In this document: piece after piece, positions 9,103 to 17,770 of the stretch
Numbering within the stretch: the first letter of the stretch is position 1
How the letters are laid out: every line of letters begins with the position of its first letter
DNA from: an uncultured virus (IMG/VR IMGVR_UViG_3300027754_000076)
Lineage: Duplodnaviria; Heunggongvirae; Uroviricota; Caudoviricetes
Virus record (IMG/VR): IMGVR_UViG_3300027754_000076
DNA: 64,000 nt
Reading direction: 5' to 3' (one strand)
The notes under the pieces: model-generated
Database searches by the model: none
What the model was told of the DNA's origin: nothing
The model's input: only the letters and a program-made list of their open reading frames with translations
Translations under genes and position numbers: made by a program

Positions 9103-9333
9103 ATGACCATAACCTACCACTGCCCCAATTGCGATGCGCCCAACGAGGTTGAATGCATCCCCGGAGTCGAAGCCCAACTATACGGGCCACCGGAAAGATG
9201 CTATCCAGCCGAACCGCCCGAAATCGACCCCGGTTCCTGCAACTCCTGCGACCACGAATTCGACCTCGAAAATGTGTTCGCTGCGTTGCCCAAGCCGGAC
9301 GATTATGACGATGATGAACGGACCGAGGACTGA
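9103..9333 (+). CDS. Small zinc-ribbon protein
   Basis: CPNC...CNSC; AQLYGPPERCYPAEPPEI motif common in phages. Confidence 0.65.
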   Translation: MTITYHCPNCDAPNEVECIPGVEAQLYGPPERCYPAEPPEIDPGSCNSCDHEFDLENVFAALPKPDDYDDDERTED

Positions 9334-9394
9334 GCGACGATTCCCTTCGATTTTTTTTGACATCATTGTTCCCCCGTGTTCCCTTCAGTGCCCT

Positions 9395-9673
9395 ATGAAC
9401 CTAGCCAATGAACAACGAATGGAAATTGCCACCCTGACTTCCGCTCTTTTGGCGGATGGTTGTGATAGAAAAATATCGTCTCTCTTAGCCGTTGAGGCAT
9501 GGGAAGCCATGTGTGTCGAAATCGAGCGTCTGGAAAAACGGATCGATGAACGGAGGGTATCGTTTCCGTTAAACGACCCGCCCGATGGATATTTCGGTAA
9601 AATGAAAGCGCAATTCGCTGCGGAATTAGCCTTGGAGGCTCATAAAGCATCACTGGCCAAACTCAACCGATGA
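9395..9673 (+). CDS. Hypothetical protein
   Basis: ATG 9395; stop overlaps the next start. Confidence 0.55.
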   Translation: MNLANEQRMEIATLTSALLADGCDRKISSLLAVEAWEAMCVEIERLEKRIDERRVSFPLNDPPDGYFGKMKAQFAAELALEAHKASLAKLNR

Positions 9674-9837
9674 CCCCCCGTCTTAACGCCCAGGAAACCG
9701 CCCGTTGGCTGGGTTTGCATATCCGCTCCCTGCGTCGTCTGGCCAGGCAGGGCAAAATACCCTGCTTGCGAGTCGGAAACCGATGGTCCTTCGATCCCAT
9801 TGAAATCATGAACTCCGGACGGAGGCCGCGCGCATGA
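9670..9837 (+). CDS. Excisionase-like (HTH_17) DNA-binding protein
   Basis: Below the ORF-track cutoff: MTPRLNAQETARWLGLHIRSLRRLARQGKIPCLRVGNRWSFDP; ATGA-coupled on both sides. Confidence 0.8.
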   Translation: MTPRLNAQETARWLGLHIRSLRRLARQGKIPCLRVGNRWSFDPIEIMNSGRRPRA

Positions 9838-11312
9838 CCTCCCTCGCCGATGCCGAACGCATCATCGTCGCTTCCGCCCTTCAGGCACTCGGCAACGGCT
9901 GGTCTCCCGGAGTCGAACGAATCCTGCGTGATTCCTCCCATTTTATCTGCGACCCGCAGCTTCAGGGTATAGCTCTAAACCTCGTCCAGTGCCGCGACAA
10001 CGGGGTTCCCGAAGAATTCGGTCCCCACGATTTCTTGCGCGTTTACCCGCAGTGGTCCGGCTTGGCCACATCCCTTTCCGGCATGGACCTGCCCATGTCC
10101 GTCGCCGAGATGGAAGCCGCTCCGCTGATCGAAGCTGCCACGGGTCGCGAAACCGCCCGCCAGCTTCAGGACGTTGTTTCCAAACTGGTCGCGCATCCCG
10201 AAAAAGCCCATCAGATAACCGCCTTTGCCGCCAAGGCACTTCAGGAAGCCAGCGACCGCGCCAACCCGCGTCCAGGACTTTCCCACCGTTCGCCCGACGA
10301 AATTCTCGCCCTGCCCGAAGACCCTTCCGAAAATTTGCTCGGTGAACGGCTCCTGACCCGTGGCGGCAAACTCGTCATCGCCGGGGCGGGCGGAACCGGC
10401 AAGTCACGGCTCGGTCTGCAACTCGCCGCTTCCGTGGTTTCCCAACGCCCTTTCATCACGTTTCCAACCAACGGGCACAACCTCAAGTGGCTCATCCTCC
10501 AAGGCGAAAATGACAACACCCGCCTCAAATGCGACCTTAACGGCATAAAACGCTGGCTAGGTCCCGCCTGGCCCGCCTTCCAATCCAACGTCGTCCTCCA
10601 CACGCTCGAAACCGAACTCGACGCCTGGCTTTCCGTCGAAGACGATTCCGCCACTTCCGCCATCCGCCGTTTGCTCGCCCATGTAAAACCCGATGTGGTC
10701 GTGCTTGACGCGCTCTACACATTCGGGGCCGGTGACTTGAACAAGGACGCCGACATGCGGGCAACCCTAACCCTAATCCAACAGCTTATCCACCGGGGAA
10801 ACCCCAAGCGCGCCATCGTCGTAATTCATCACGCCGCCACCGGAAAAGCCGGTCTCGCCAAGATGACCGGCCACGACCGCGCCTCTTTCGGTCGTAATTC
10901 CAAAGTCCTCCACTCCTGGACCCGTGGCCAGATCAACGTTGCACCCCTCGACCCCGAAAACAACGACCTCCTTGGATTTTCATGCGGCAAAGCCTCCAAC
11001 GGTCGCGAGTTCCTTCCATTCGCCGCCCGTCTGACCGAGGACATGATTTACGAGCACGACGAATCCATAGACGTAAATGACAAGATCGTCGAAGCATCCG
11101 GTGATTCCACCTGCCGCATTACCACCGAAGAAGTGGCCGACTTCTGCCCCGGTGAAGGAATCTCCAAGACCAAACTGGTAAAAATCATCAGGGAACAGTC
11201 CGGCGTCGGAAAATCAATGGCTTACAAGGTAATAGACAAAGCCATGGACCAAAAACTTATTCGCCAGCATACCGTCACCAAGATTATTCAGGATATACGG
11301 CTCATGCCGTAA
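9834..11312 (+). CDS. RepA-like (AAA_25, RecA-family) replicative helicase
   Basis: Walker A GAGGTGKS, LQGEN, VVVLDA, IHHAATGK..GR; DnaB-like N-terminus and winged-helix C-terminus. Confidence 0.85.
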   Translation: MTSLADAERIIVASALQALGNGWSPGVERILRDSSHFICDPQLQGIALNLVQCRDNGVPEEFGPHDFLRVYPQWSGLATSLSGMDLPMSVAEMEAAPLIEAATGRETARQLQDVVSKLVAHPEKAHQITAFAAKALQEASDRANPRPGLSHRSPDEILALPEDPSENLLGERLLTRGGKLVIAGAGGTGKSRLGLQLAASVVSQRPFITFPTNGHNLKWLILQGENDNTRLKCDLNGIKRWLGPAWPAFQSNVVLHTLETELDAWLSVEDDSATSAIRRLLAHVKPDVVVLDALYTFGAGDLNKDADMRATLTLIQQLIHRGNPKRAIVVIHHAATGKAGLAKMTGHDRASFGRNSKVLHSWTRGQINVAPLDPENNDLLGFSCGKASNGREFLPFAARLTEDMIYEHDESIDVNDKIVEASGDSTCRITTEEVADFCPGEGISKTKLVKIIREQSGVGKSMAYKVIDKAMDQKLIRQHTVTKIIQDIRLMP

Positions 11313-11366
11313 CCTACACGGTCGCCGTAACCACCACGGTTGGACTTCAGCACGGTTTGCTGCCAG

Positions 11367-11732
11367 CTATTCCTGAACGGCAGGTTCCTGTATCGCTGGT
11401 TCCTGTATCGCTGGCCAAAACTTTCCATCTTTGTTTTTGAACATTCCACCCTTGAAAAGCAAAGGGTGCAAGGATGTCATTGGCGTAACTGTGGCAAAGG
11501 TATAACCCGTCCCTTTAACCGCTTCCAGTATCTCCCGTTTCGTAAGCGGTTTGTCGGCAGTGGCAATAAGAACAGCTTCAGCCAAGGTCAACGAATTCCG
11601 TGGCCGTTTATGCTTTGCCGATTTCTCTAGGGTAATTATCCGGTCAAATTCATCAAGCTCTTTAGCCAGCGCAGCCCTTTTGGCAATCAGGCTTTGAAGT
11701 TCCATTGATACAGACACCAGTGTTTCACTCAT
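11367..11732 (-). CDS. Winged-helix hypothetical protein
   Basis: KPLTKREILEAV..GY.F motif; preceded by TTGACT-16/17-TATAGT on the minus strand. Confidence 0.6.
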   Translation of the reverse strand: MSETLVSVSMELQSLIAKRAALAKELDEFDRIITLEKSAKHKRPRNSLTLAEAVLIATADKPLTKREILEAVKGTGYTFATVTPMTSLHPLLFKGGMFKNKDGKFWPAIQEPAIQEPAVQE

Positions 11733-11754
11733 AGGCAACAACTATAACCACTTA

Positions 11755-12057
11755 GTGGAACCAGTCAAGTCCAAGACCGTTGCGGTAGATACCTATGTCA
11801 TCAATCTCAAATTCTTCCACCACTTCCGATCAATGTTCATCGGGTGGAAACGCACTTTTGAGCCTAACAAGTAAATCAACAATTCTTTAAAAGCCCAATG
11901 AAATGGCATTTTCCACCATTTTCCGCTGGTGGAAAAATGGCGGAAGTTCTAGGCGTTTTCCACTTCCACTCTCGCTCCCGTAGGGGCGAGTGGAATGGAA
12001 AAAGACTTGAGGACACCGGAAACTCAAAAAACCGACAAGAAATCCAAAGGAGTGGAA
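11755..12057. repeat. Cluster of GTGGAA/TTCCAC motifs (putative replication origin iterons)
   Basis: Nine copies in both orientations at 11755, 11815, 11844, 11911, 11929, 11958, 11964, 11990 and 12052. Confidence 0.6.
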
Positions 12058-12517
12058 ACCGGAATCAGGTCACCCCCACCAAATCCACGGTCCAACCCCA
12101 AAGCGCAACCCGTCAGCAAACGCTCTATCCGCCTCACCACGACGTTTTGATGCCTCTTTGGTATGTCCATAGACCCCAGATAGTCTCCTGAGCCTCCTGA
12201 AGCCTTCCATGCTAGGCAAATCTTGCCGGTCTTTCCCCAAAAAATGGCGGCACTTTTTGAGGGGGCTTGGAAACAGCCACGGCCCCCAACGCGGGGTGTG
12301 CGGGGTAGGGGGTGGGGACGGCCTGGGGATGGCCTGGAAGGATAGGACGGGAGAACCTGGATCACATAGCCAGCGACAGACAGACGACAGACGGACGGCG
12401 GACGGAGGCTAGGCGCATCCCTTAGTTGATCGCCCTCCGTTGCTGCTGCTAGAATACAATTAAATATAACACACAGTGTGCATCACAGGAAACTCCTTAG
12501 CTTTGCTAGTCCTGAGT

Positions 12518-12826
12518 CTAGGATTCCATAGGAAGCACCGGCCTCGCGTTGTCGCCTGGCTTTGCGGCTGTGCCTTTGGGGGCGAGCGCAACGCCAGCGA
12601 ATCGGGCCGTTGTATCGGCTAGTTTGCAGACTGCGCCGACTATGGCAACGCGGTCGGTTTCTTCGTCTGCGCTGTCTAAATCATGCTCTAATGCTTTGCG
12701 TGCTTTACGCAATAAAAGCATTATGTGAGCTGGTTCAGAATTGCGAAAAAGAAAAGCTACTTGGTCATATCTCCTGGTCCTATGCGCTAAGTGTAGATTA
12801 TTCCGCGAGGGAAGTTCATCAGTCAT
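12518..12826 (-). CDS. Hypothetical protein (possible terminase small subunit)
   Basis: Isolated helical ORF next to the G-rich noncoding region; function inferred from position only. Confidence 0.4.
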   Translation of the reverse strand: MTDELPSRNNLHLAHRTRRYDQVAFLFRNSEPAHIMLLLRKARKALEHDLDSADEETDRVAIVGAVCKLADTTARFAGVALAPKGTAAKPGDNARPVLPMES

Positions 12827-13170
12827 CCGCCTATCCGAATGCGTTGATGCGATAGATTCAATGCCAATTGTGGGGAAATTTAAAGGTATTAGCTTTTCTA
12901 ATCCCCACCATAACCGTTTACATACATAAACGAACGCTCTAGGATTCGATATGACGGGCTTTTATTTGTCGGCAGGGTGGTAGCATGGTGTTTTTCAGCC
13001 TAGGGCAACGGACAGTCACGTTGATAGTCAACGGTTTACAGAAGCGAAATGGCCGGAATGCCGGTGATCCATGCGGAAACAAAGTGAAAAAAGTTGTCGA
13101 TTTATCTTGTGCTCTAACGTTGTCCAGAGTAACTTCACCTTGTCGCCGGTGAAAGGCGACCAACAAAAAT

Positions 13171-13368
13171 ATGACGAACAAATCGAAAGTTGAAGCGGCC
13201 CTGAAAAACAAAAATCTCCGCCAATATGTCAACGGCATCAACAGCAACGGCTACGCGACTACCGGCGAGGTAGTTCTCTGGATCAACGGCATGGGGCATC
13301 CCGTGTATAGCGTCAAGCAGGCGACGACTCTGGTCGAAAAAATCGCTGCGGAGAAACAAAGCACATGA
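13171..13368 (+). CDS. Early hypothetical protein
   Basis: First gene of a run of coupled small + strand ORFs. Confidence 0.55.
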   Translation: MTNKSKVEAALKNKNLRQYVNGINSNGYATTGEVVLWINGMGHPVYSVKQATTLVEKIAAEKQST

Positions 13369-13712
13369 AAACGAAATCTTGGACAATTAACGGCACATGG
13401 AATCCCGGTATCAACCGTGTGAACAAAATCACGCTGTGGCTTGAACGTCGGCAAGCAAAGCAAGCAAAAGCGGTGGCGCAGCTTGCTTTTTACTACGCCA
13501 AAAAATCCGGCGTCTTTGGCGATTCGGAGCCATGTGGCGAGTGGTTTCATTTGTTGCACAATTGGACACTGGGAGATGGTCCGGCAGTGGGAAACGTATT
13601 TGCACACAAAGCTTTGGATGCTTGGAATCGTAGGCTTGACGGCCACTATGAGCGCAAGTCACGCGTTTACGGATTAGCTTACACACGGTATATTCAAGGA
13701 GGTGTGCTGTGA
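13365..13712 (+). CDS. Early hypothetical protein
   Basis: ATGA coupling. Confidence 0.55.
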   Translation: MKTKSWTINGTWNPGINRVNKITLWLERRQAKQAKAVAQLAFYYAKKSGVFGDSEPCGEWFHLLHNWTLGDGPAVGNVFAHKALDAWNRRLDGHYERKSRVYGLAYTRYIQGGVL

Positions 13713-14077
13713 ACATAACGCTAGAAAGCAACCCGGAGGACTTAGTGAAGCTTAAAACTCCAAGCGGTCTTAGTTTCGCCCCGTCTGTCAAGGCAATGGT
13801 TTCTTCGCTTTTTAATCCGGGCGGAACGGATTCGGGTTTTTACCGGGTAAAAGCGGGCGGCATTCTGTTTTGCCGTGGCAATGGTGAACCTTGGTTTTTC
13901 TATGTCGCCAACCGTCACGGCGAATTTTTCCCGGTTAGTTGCGGAAAGCAATCGGACGGAAGGACGGTTTACTTCCACGCCCTGTCGTCAAACGACGATG
14001 AACTTACCGGCTTTGGTTCAATGGGAATGAACGCAACTGGGGAATTTGTTAAGGAACAAGTGACGAAACTCCGTTGA
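13709..14077 (+). CDS. Early hypothetical protein
   Basis: GTGA coupling; GGAGG RBS. Confidence 0.55.
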   Translation: MNITLESNPEDLVKLKTPSGLSFAPSVKAMVSSLFNPGGTDSGFYRVKAGGILFCRGNGEPWFFYVANRHGEFFPVSCGKQSDGRTVYFHALSSNDDELTGFGSMGMNATGEFVKEQVTKLR

Positions 14078-14132
14078 TCCCCCGCCCGCTTGCCAGGTTC
14101 ACGCTTGGCAAGGTGGCGGTGAATTAACACCG
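14078..14132 (+). repeat. Intergenic double-hairpin element, copy 1
   Basis: ccgcc-cttgccagg/cttggcaag-tggcgg, then cggtg/caccg. Confidence 0.65.
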
Positions 14133-14151
14133 ATTAACATAAAAGCATAAC

Positions 14152-14472
14152 ATGAAAACACAACACACACAAGGGCCGTGGACAAATGATCCAACGCAAC
14201 CGACAATCTGGGCAAATGACGGCGACTTGAAAGTTGCCACAGTTTCCGATTTACCTTGGGTCAACGGAAAATCCGATTGGCAAACTGAACAGGCCAACGC
14301 GCGACTAATTGCCGCCGCCCCGGAATTGCTGGCGGCGTTACAGTTTATCGCAACCACGGCGGGACTTTGTGCCATCACGTTTACACGCCCCAAGACGCCG
14401 GAAAACGAGGATTTGCAAGCCATTGTTCGGGCGGCCCGCGCCGCCATCGCCAAAGCGAAAGGGACCAAGTGA
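14152..14472 (+). CDS. Phage protein of the HTPGPW...ANARLIAAAPELL family
   Basis: HTQGPW and ANARLIAAAPELLAAL motifs. Confidence 0.8.
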   Translation: MKTQHTQGPWTNDPTQPTIWANDGDLKVATVSDLPWVNGKSDWQTEQANARLIAAAPELLAALQFIATTAGLCAITFTRPKTPENEDLQAIVRAARAAIAKAKGTK

Positions 14473-14696
14473 ACTCCTACGCGGGAGACCCCCGCTTCAT
14501 CGTCGCCAAGGTTTCCTCCGTTTGTGCTGGCACAAAAGACGGTAAAGCTTGCGGGCAGGCAATCCGCAAAGGTGACCGCGTGTTTTACTATCCAACCGGG
14601 AAGCGAGTCTTGGCCAGGGCTTGCGGCTGCGCGGACAAAGCCTATCGTGAATTTTTCAGCATGGCGGCGGATGAATGCGGGGAATGCTGTTATTGA
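14469..14696 (+). CDS. Small Cys-rich protein
   Basis: GTG 14469; GDPRFI.AK..S.C...CG..IRKGD.V.YYP. Confidence 0.6.
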   Translation: MNSYAGDPRFIVAKVSSVCAGTKDGKACGQAIRKGDRVFYYPTGKRVLARACGCADKAYREFFSMAADECGECCY

Positions 14697-14751
14697 ATAA
14701 ATTCATTTTCTCCTTGCCTTAACGTGTAACCTCAAGCAACATCTCCTTGTA

Positions 14752-14949
14752 ATGAACGCATACAAAACCATGAAACAAACCTCATCCGATTGGTCCGCCC
14801 TTGACCGGGCCGAAAAAAACCTTGCAACGATTCGCGCCACCCTTGACCGGCTGGCAGCGGATAACCAACGGCACAAGCTAGCCCTTGACCGGGTAGCGGT
14901 GCGCGTGGTCTCGCCGTGGTCCCGTCTGTGGCTCTGCCGTTGGTTCTAA
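14752..14949 (+). CDS. Hypothetical protein
   Basis: Coiled-coil-like ORF in the early region. Confidence 0.45.
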   Translation: MNAYKTMKQTSSDWSALDRAEKNLATIRATLDRLAADNQRHKLALDRVAVRVVSPWSRLWLCRWF

Positions 14950-14950
14950 A

Positions 14951-15005
14951 TCCCCCGCCTTGAGTCCGGGGCAACTCGGATTCATGGCGGGCGATAACCG
15001 CCCGC
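14951..15005 (+). repeat. Intergenic double-hairpin element, copy 2
   Basis: ccgcc-tgagtccggg(gcaa)ctcggattca-tggcgg, then gcgggcg/cgcccgc. Confidence 0.65.
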
Positions 15006-15023
15006 GATTAAAACACAAAACAT

Positions 15024-15641
15024 ATGAACATTAACGGACTGTCAGTCTATCCCTCACAGATGCAGGCGCAGCATTGCACGCCGGTTTCCATGCTGGAACA
15101 TCACGTCACCGGCGCAATTGAACGCGGGGAAGCCGGGGCAATCGTCGCCAAGCCGGTTGGCGACAAACCCGCAATAATCTCCGCCCTTCGGGCATTCATC
15201 CGCCAACGGCCAGGCCTTGAGTTTCAGAACTATTGCAGCAGCTACGACGACAAGGCGGGCCGTTCCGCTTATTTCAAGGAGCTTCGCGGGATCACTAAGA
15301 CGCTGCATGAAGCAAAGGCGTTGCTCGTCGCCGTTGAATCTGAACAAGGCATAACGGGCCAGGCTTTGGCTTATGCGTTCTCTGCATATTCTGGCCGGTT
15401 GTCTTGGGATGGCGCGCGGCTTGACTACGTTACCGGGCAATACTGGCCGACTGAATACCGTTCCGCCGTGTGTGCTGTGCTGGCGTCGGCTTTGTGGAAT
15501 CACAAGCGGGACACGTTAAGCATCGACGAAACGGAAGTTTGCCCGGATCACGCGCCAGGCGTTAAGAATGTCGGCGAGGTAATTCGCCGCTCGTTCCGCG
15601 AACGTTTCGGGCGGGGTATTGCTTCGCGTTGGTTTAATTGA
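15024..15641 (+). CDS. Conserved phage hypothetical protein
   Basis: FIRQRPGLEF.NY...YSGRLSW...GQYWPTEYR.AVC...FGRGIASRWFN. Confidence 0.7.
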   Translation: MNINGLSVYPSQMQAQHCTPVSMLEHHVTGAIERGEAGAIVAKPVGDKPAIISALRAFIRQRPGLEFQNYCSSYDDKAGRSAYFKELRGITKTLHEAKALLVAVESEQGITGQALAYAFSAYSGRLSWDGARLDYVTGQYWPTEYRSAVCAVLASALWNHKRDTLSIDETEVCPDHAPGVKNVGEVIRRSFRERFGRGIASRWFN

Positions 15642-15696
15642 CCCTCCGTCCTGCCGCCTCGGGAAACCGGGACGGCATGGCGGGGAATCAGCCCCG
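15642..15696 (+). repeat. Intergenic double-hairpin element, copy 3
   Basis: ccgtc-tgccgcctcgg(gaaa)ccgggacggca-tggcgg, then cgggg/ccccg. Confidence 0.6.
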
Positions 15697-15744
15697 GAGG
15701 CGGGCATGAAGTCCGTTGGTTAATGGAAAAATGTTATGATCACT

Positions 15745-16179
15745 ATGTCCTACACTATCAAAAAACTTGAGGCGCACGTTGTCGCCGAATGCCAACCCGT
15801 TGACCGTGAATAGTTGTTCGATTCCATGCTTGACGAATGCTATTCGTTCTCATCCGTTGGCGGTCCGTTTGCTTATATGTCGCCGTCGTCGGTGCTTAAA
15901 TCCGAAGACCCTACCGCCTACCGTTGCGGGGTGAACGACTGGGCGGACGGCGAGGACTTCGTTGAGGTTGACGGCGAGACTTACAACAGGCAAGACGTTG
16001 AGGAAGCGCGGGAAGAATTCGTTGCGGAGCTTGAAACGGAGCTTGCCACGCTGGAAAAGGACCAGGAGGAAAACACGGACGCGGAAGAATCATCCGACGC
16101 GGACGCAGGCGACGGAATCCAGAAACAGATTGACGACCTCAAGGCACAGATTGACGAAGCGCGGGATCACTCTTTTTGA
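15745..16179 (+). CDS. Highly acidic protein (Ocr-like DNA-mimic candidate) with in-frame TAG at 15811
   Basis: MSYTIKKLEAHVVAECQPVDRE*LFDSMLDECY...SPSSVLKSEDPTAYRCG; very D/E-rich. Confidence 0.55.
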
Positions 16180-16183
16180 TAAC

Positions 16184-16933
16184 ATGAAAACACTGATATT
16201 TAAGGATCGCGCCGCCTTTGACGCGCGCAAAGACAAAGATTGTAACGGCGTTTCTCGGAAATTCGCGCAAAACCATTCTGATTTTGAGAAGCAAAATGAA
16301 AACAATTTGCGTTGCTGGGATTGCTGGGGTTGCTCGCGTTGCTCGGATTGCTCGGATTGCTGGGTTTGCTCGCGTTGCTCGGATTGCTCGGATTGCTCGC
16401 GTTGCTCGGGTTGCTCGGATTGCTGGGGTTGCTCGGATTGCTCGGGTTGCTGGCGTTGCTCGGATTGCTCGGATTGCTGGGGTTGCTCGGATTGCTCGGA
16501 TTGCTGGGGTTGCTCGCGTTGCTCGGATTGCTCGGGTTGCTCGCGTTGCTCGGGTTGCTCGCGTTGCTCGCGTTGCTCGCGTTGCTCGGATTGCTCGGAT
16601 TGCTGGGGTCAATCAAAATCATTCACCGTTCCTAGAATCCCAAAAATACACGCCGCTATTTTGTCGGCTACCATCGTCGAAAACTCACTAGACATGTCCA
16701 CATGGCACACTTGCGAAACCACTCACTGTCGCGCGGGCTGGGTTGTCCATCTGGCGGGAGAAGCGGGCAAAAAACTGGAATCGGAAACTTCAACCCTGTT
16801 TGCCGCAATGAAAATTTATCACCTGTCATCACCTGAAATTCCGGTTTCGCCGTGCCGGTTTTTTGAGGACAACAAAACGGTGATGCAAGACATCCGTCGA
16901 TGCGCGAAGCTTGAGGAAGGAGGTGAGAAGTGA
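16184..16933 (+). CDS. Cys-X-X repeat protein
   Basis: 33 CxX triplets, then a LDMSTWHTCETTHCRAGWVVHLAG domain often seen fused to repeat solenoids in phages. Confidence 0.8.
   Translation: MKTLIFKDRAAFDARKDKDCNGVSRKFAQNHSDFEKQNENNLRCWDCWGCSRCSDCSDCWVCSRCSDCSDCSRCSGCSDCWGCSDCSGCWRCSDCSDCWGCSDCSDCWGCSRCSDCSGCSRCSGCSRCSRCSRCSDCSDCWGQSKSFTVPRIPKIHAAILSATIVENSLDMSTWHTCETTHCRAGWVVHLAGEAGKKLESETSTLFAAMKIYHLSSPEIPVSPCRFFEDNKTVMQDIRRCAKLEEGGEK
16313..16609 (+). repeat. 33 x 9-bp coding tandem repeat
   Basis: Unit TGC-T[CG]G-[GC][AGT]T. Confidence 0.95.
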
Positions 16934-17316
16934 ACACCGACACGAAAAACTTTTTCGCCGCATTCAAGGAGCTTGAAATAATGCCCTGTCCCGTGAATGC
17001 AGGCAGGCACGTCCAGCACGATCACCGCTACATTGTCACCGCTGGCTCAAAGGTGGATCACGGCGGCAGCATGCCGGAAGATTGGTCGATGGAAGAGGGG
17101 TCAATCCTTTGCACCATGCGGGACGTTCATCCTGCTAACGCGCTCTTGTTCGCCGCCGCTCCTGACCTTCTACGCGAGCGGGACGAGTTGCGGGCGGCGT
17201 TGGAGCAAATGGTTTATTTGCGCGACGCAAGCTTTTCTGCCTCAGGAAAGAAATGGGCTTTGGCTATGGTTTCCGCCCGTGCCGTCCTTGCCCGTTGCGG
17301 AAAGGGGGACAAGTGA
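16930..17316 (+). CDS. Hypothetical protein (ANA.L.AAAPDLL family)
   Basis: Motif related to 14152-14472. Confidence 0.65.
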   Translation: MNTDTKNFFAAFKELEIMPCPVNAGRHVQHDHRYIVTAGSKVDHGGSMPEDWSMEEGSILCTMRDVHPANALLFAAAPDLLRERDELRAALEQMVYLRDASFSASGKKWALAMVSARAVLARCGKGDK

Positions 17317-17516
17317 AAACACCACGTCACACATGGCTTGCGACCCGGCACTTTGAGCCGCGAAACCCAAACCGAAACAACCCGGAAACGTTGGCCGGAA
17401 TTGCATTTGACCGAAAATCTGATGCGTTGGCGTTTGCTCGTCACGAAAACCGGAGATGGTATGACGGTGGTGCTGAATATGTCGTCCTTAAAAAATGTTC
17501 TCGTTCTAACCAATGA
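17313..17516 (+). CDS. Hypothetical protein
   Basis: GTGA/ATGA coupling. Confidence 0.45.
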   Translation: MKTPRHTWLATRHFEPRNPNRNNPETLAGIAFDRKSDALAFARHENRRWYDGGAEYVVLKKCSRSNQ

Positions 17517-17770
17517 AAACTCACCCCTACTCTCTCGTTTACGTCTTAAACGGCCAACATCGGAACATCTCGTTCCGGACCAAGGAAGCAGCCATTGCCA
17601 CCGCTCAAACCATGAGCACGCCCGCGCCAGGTTCTCCCGCGTGGACTTCATGGGAGTTGCTAAAACGCGACCAGCTTGGCGCGCTAACATCCACCCTGCC
17701 GAACTGCGAATATCGTGACTATCTCGTCGGCGACGACGCCGAGGCAAAACGGCTCGGAGGTGTCGCGTGA
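17513..17770 (+). CDS. Hypothetical protein
   Basis: Coupled ORF. Confidence 0.5.
   Translation: MKTHPYSLVYVLNGQHRNISFRTKEAAIATAQTMSTPAPGSPAWTSWELLKRDQLGALTSTLPNCEYRDYLVGDDAEAKRLGGVA

Noticed and set aside
16313..16609. Possible CRISPR array or DGR variable repeat
   Set aside because: Units are contiguous 9-mers without unique spacers and lie in a coding frame. No cas or reverse transcriptase gene and no adenine-specific TR/VR pair is visible.
16139..16691. Low-complexity ORFs (LLGLLG, ARIARV, SNPSNA, RATRAI)
   Set aside because: Alternative frames of the 9-bp repeat. Only the Cys frame joins coupled flanking domains.
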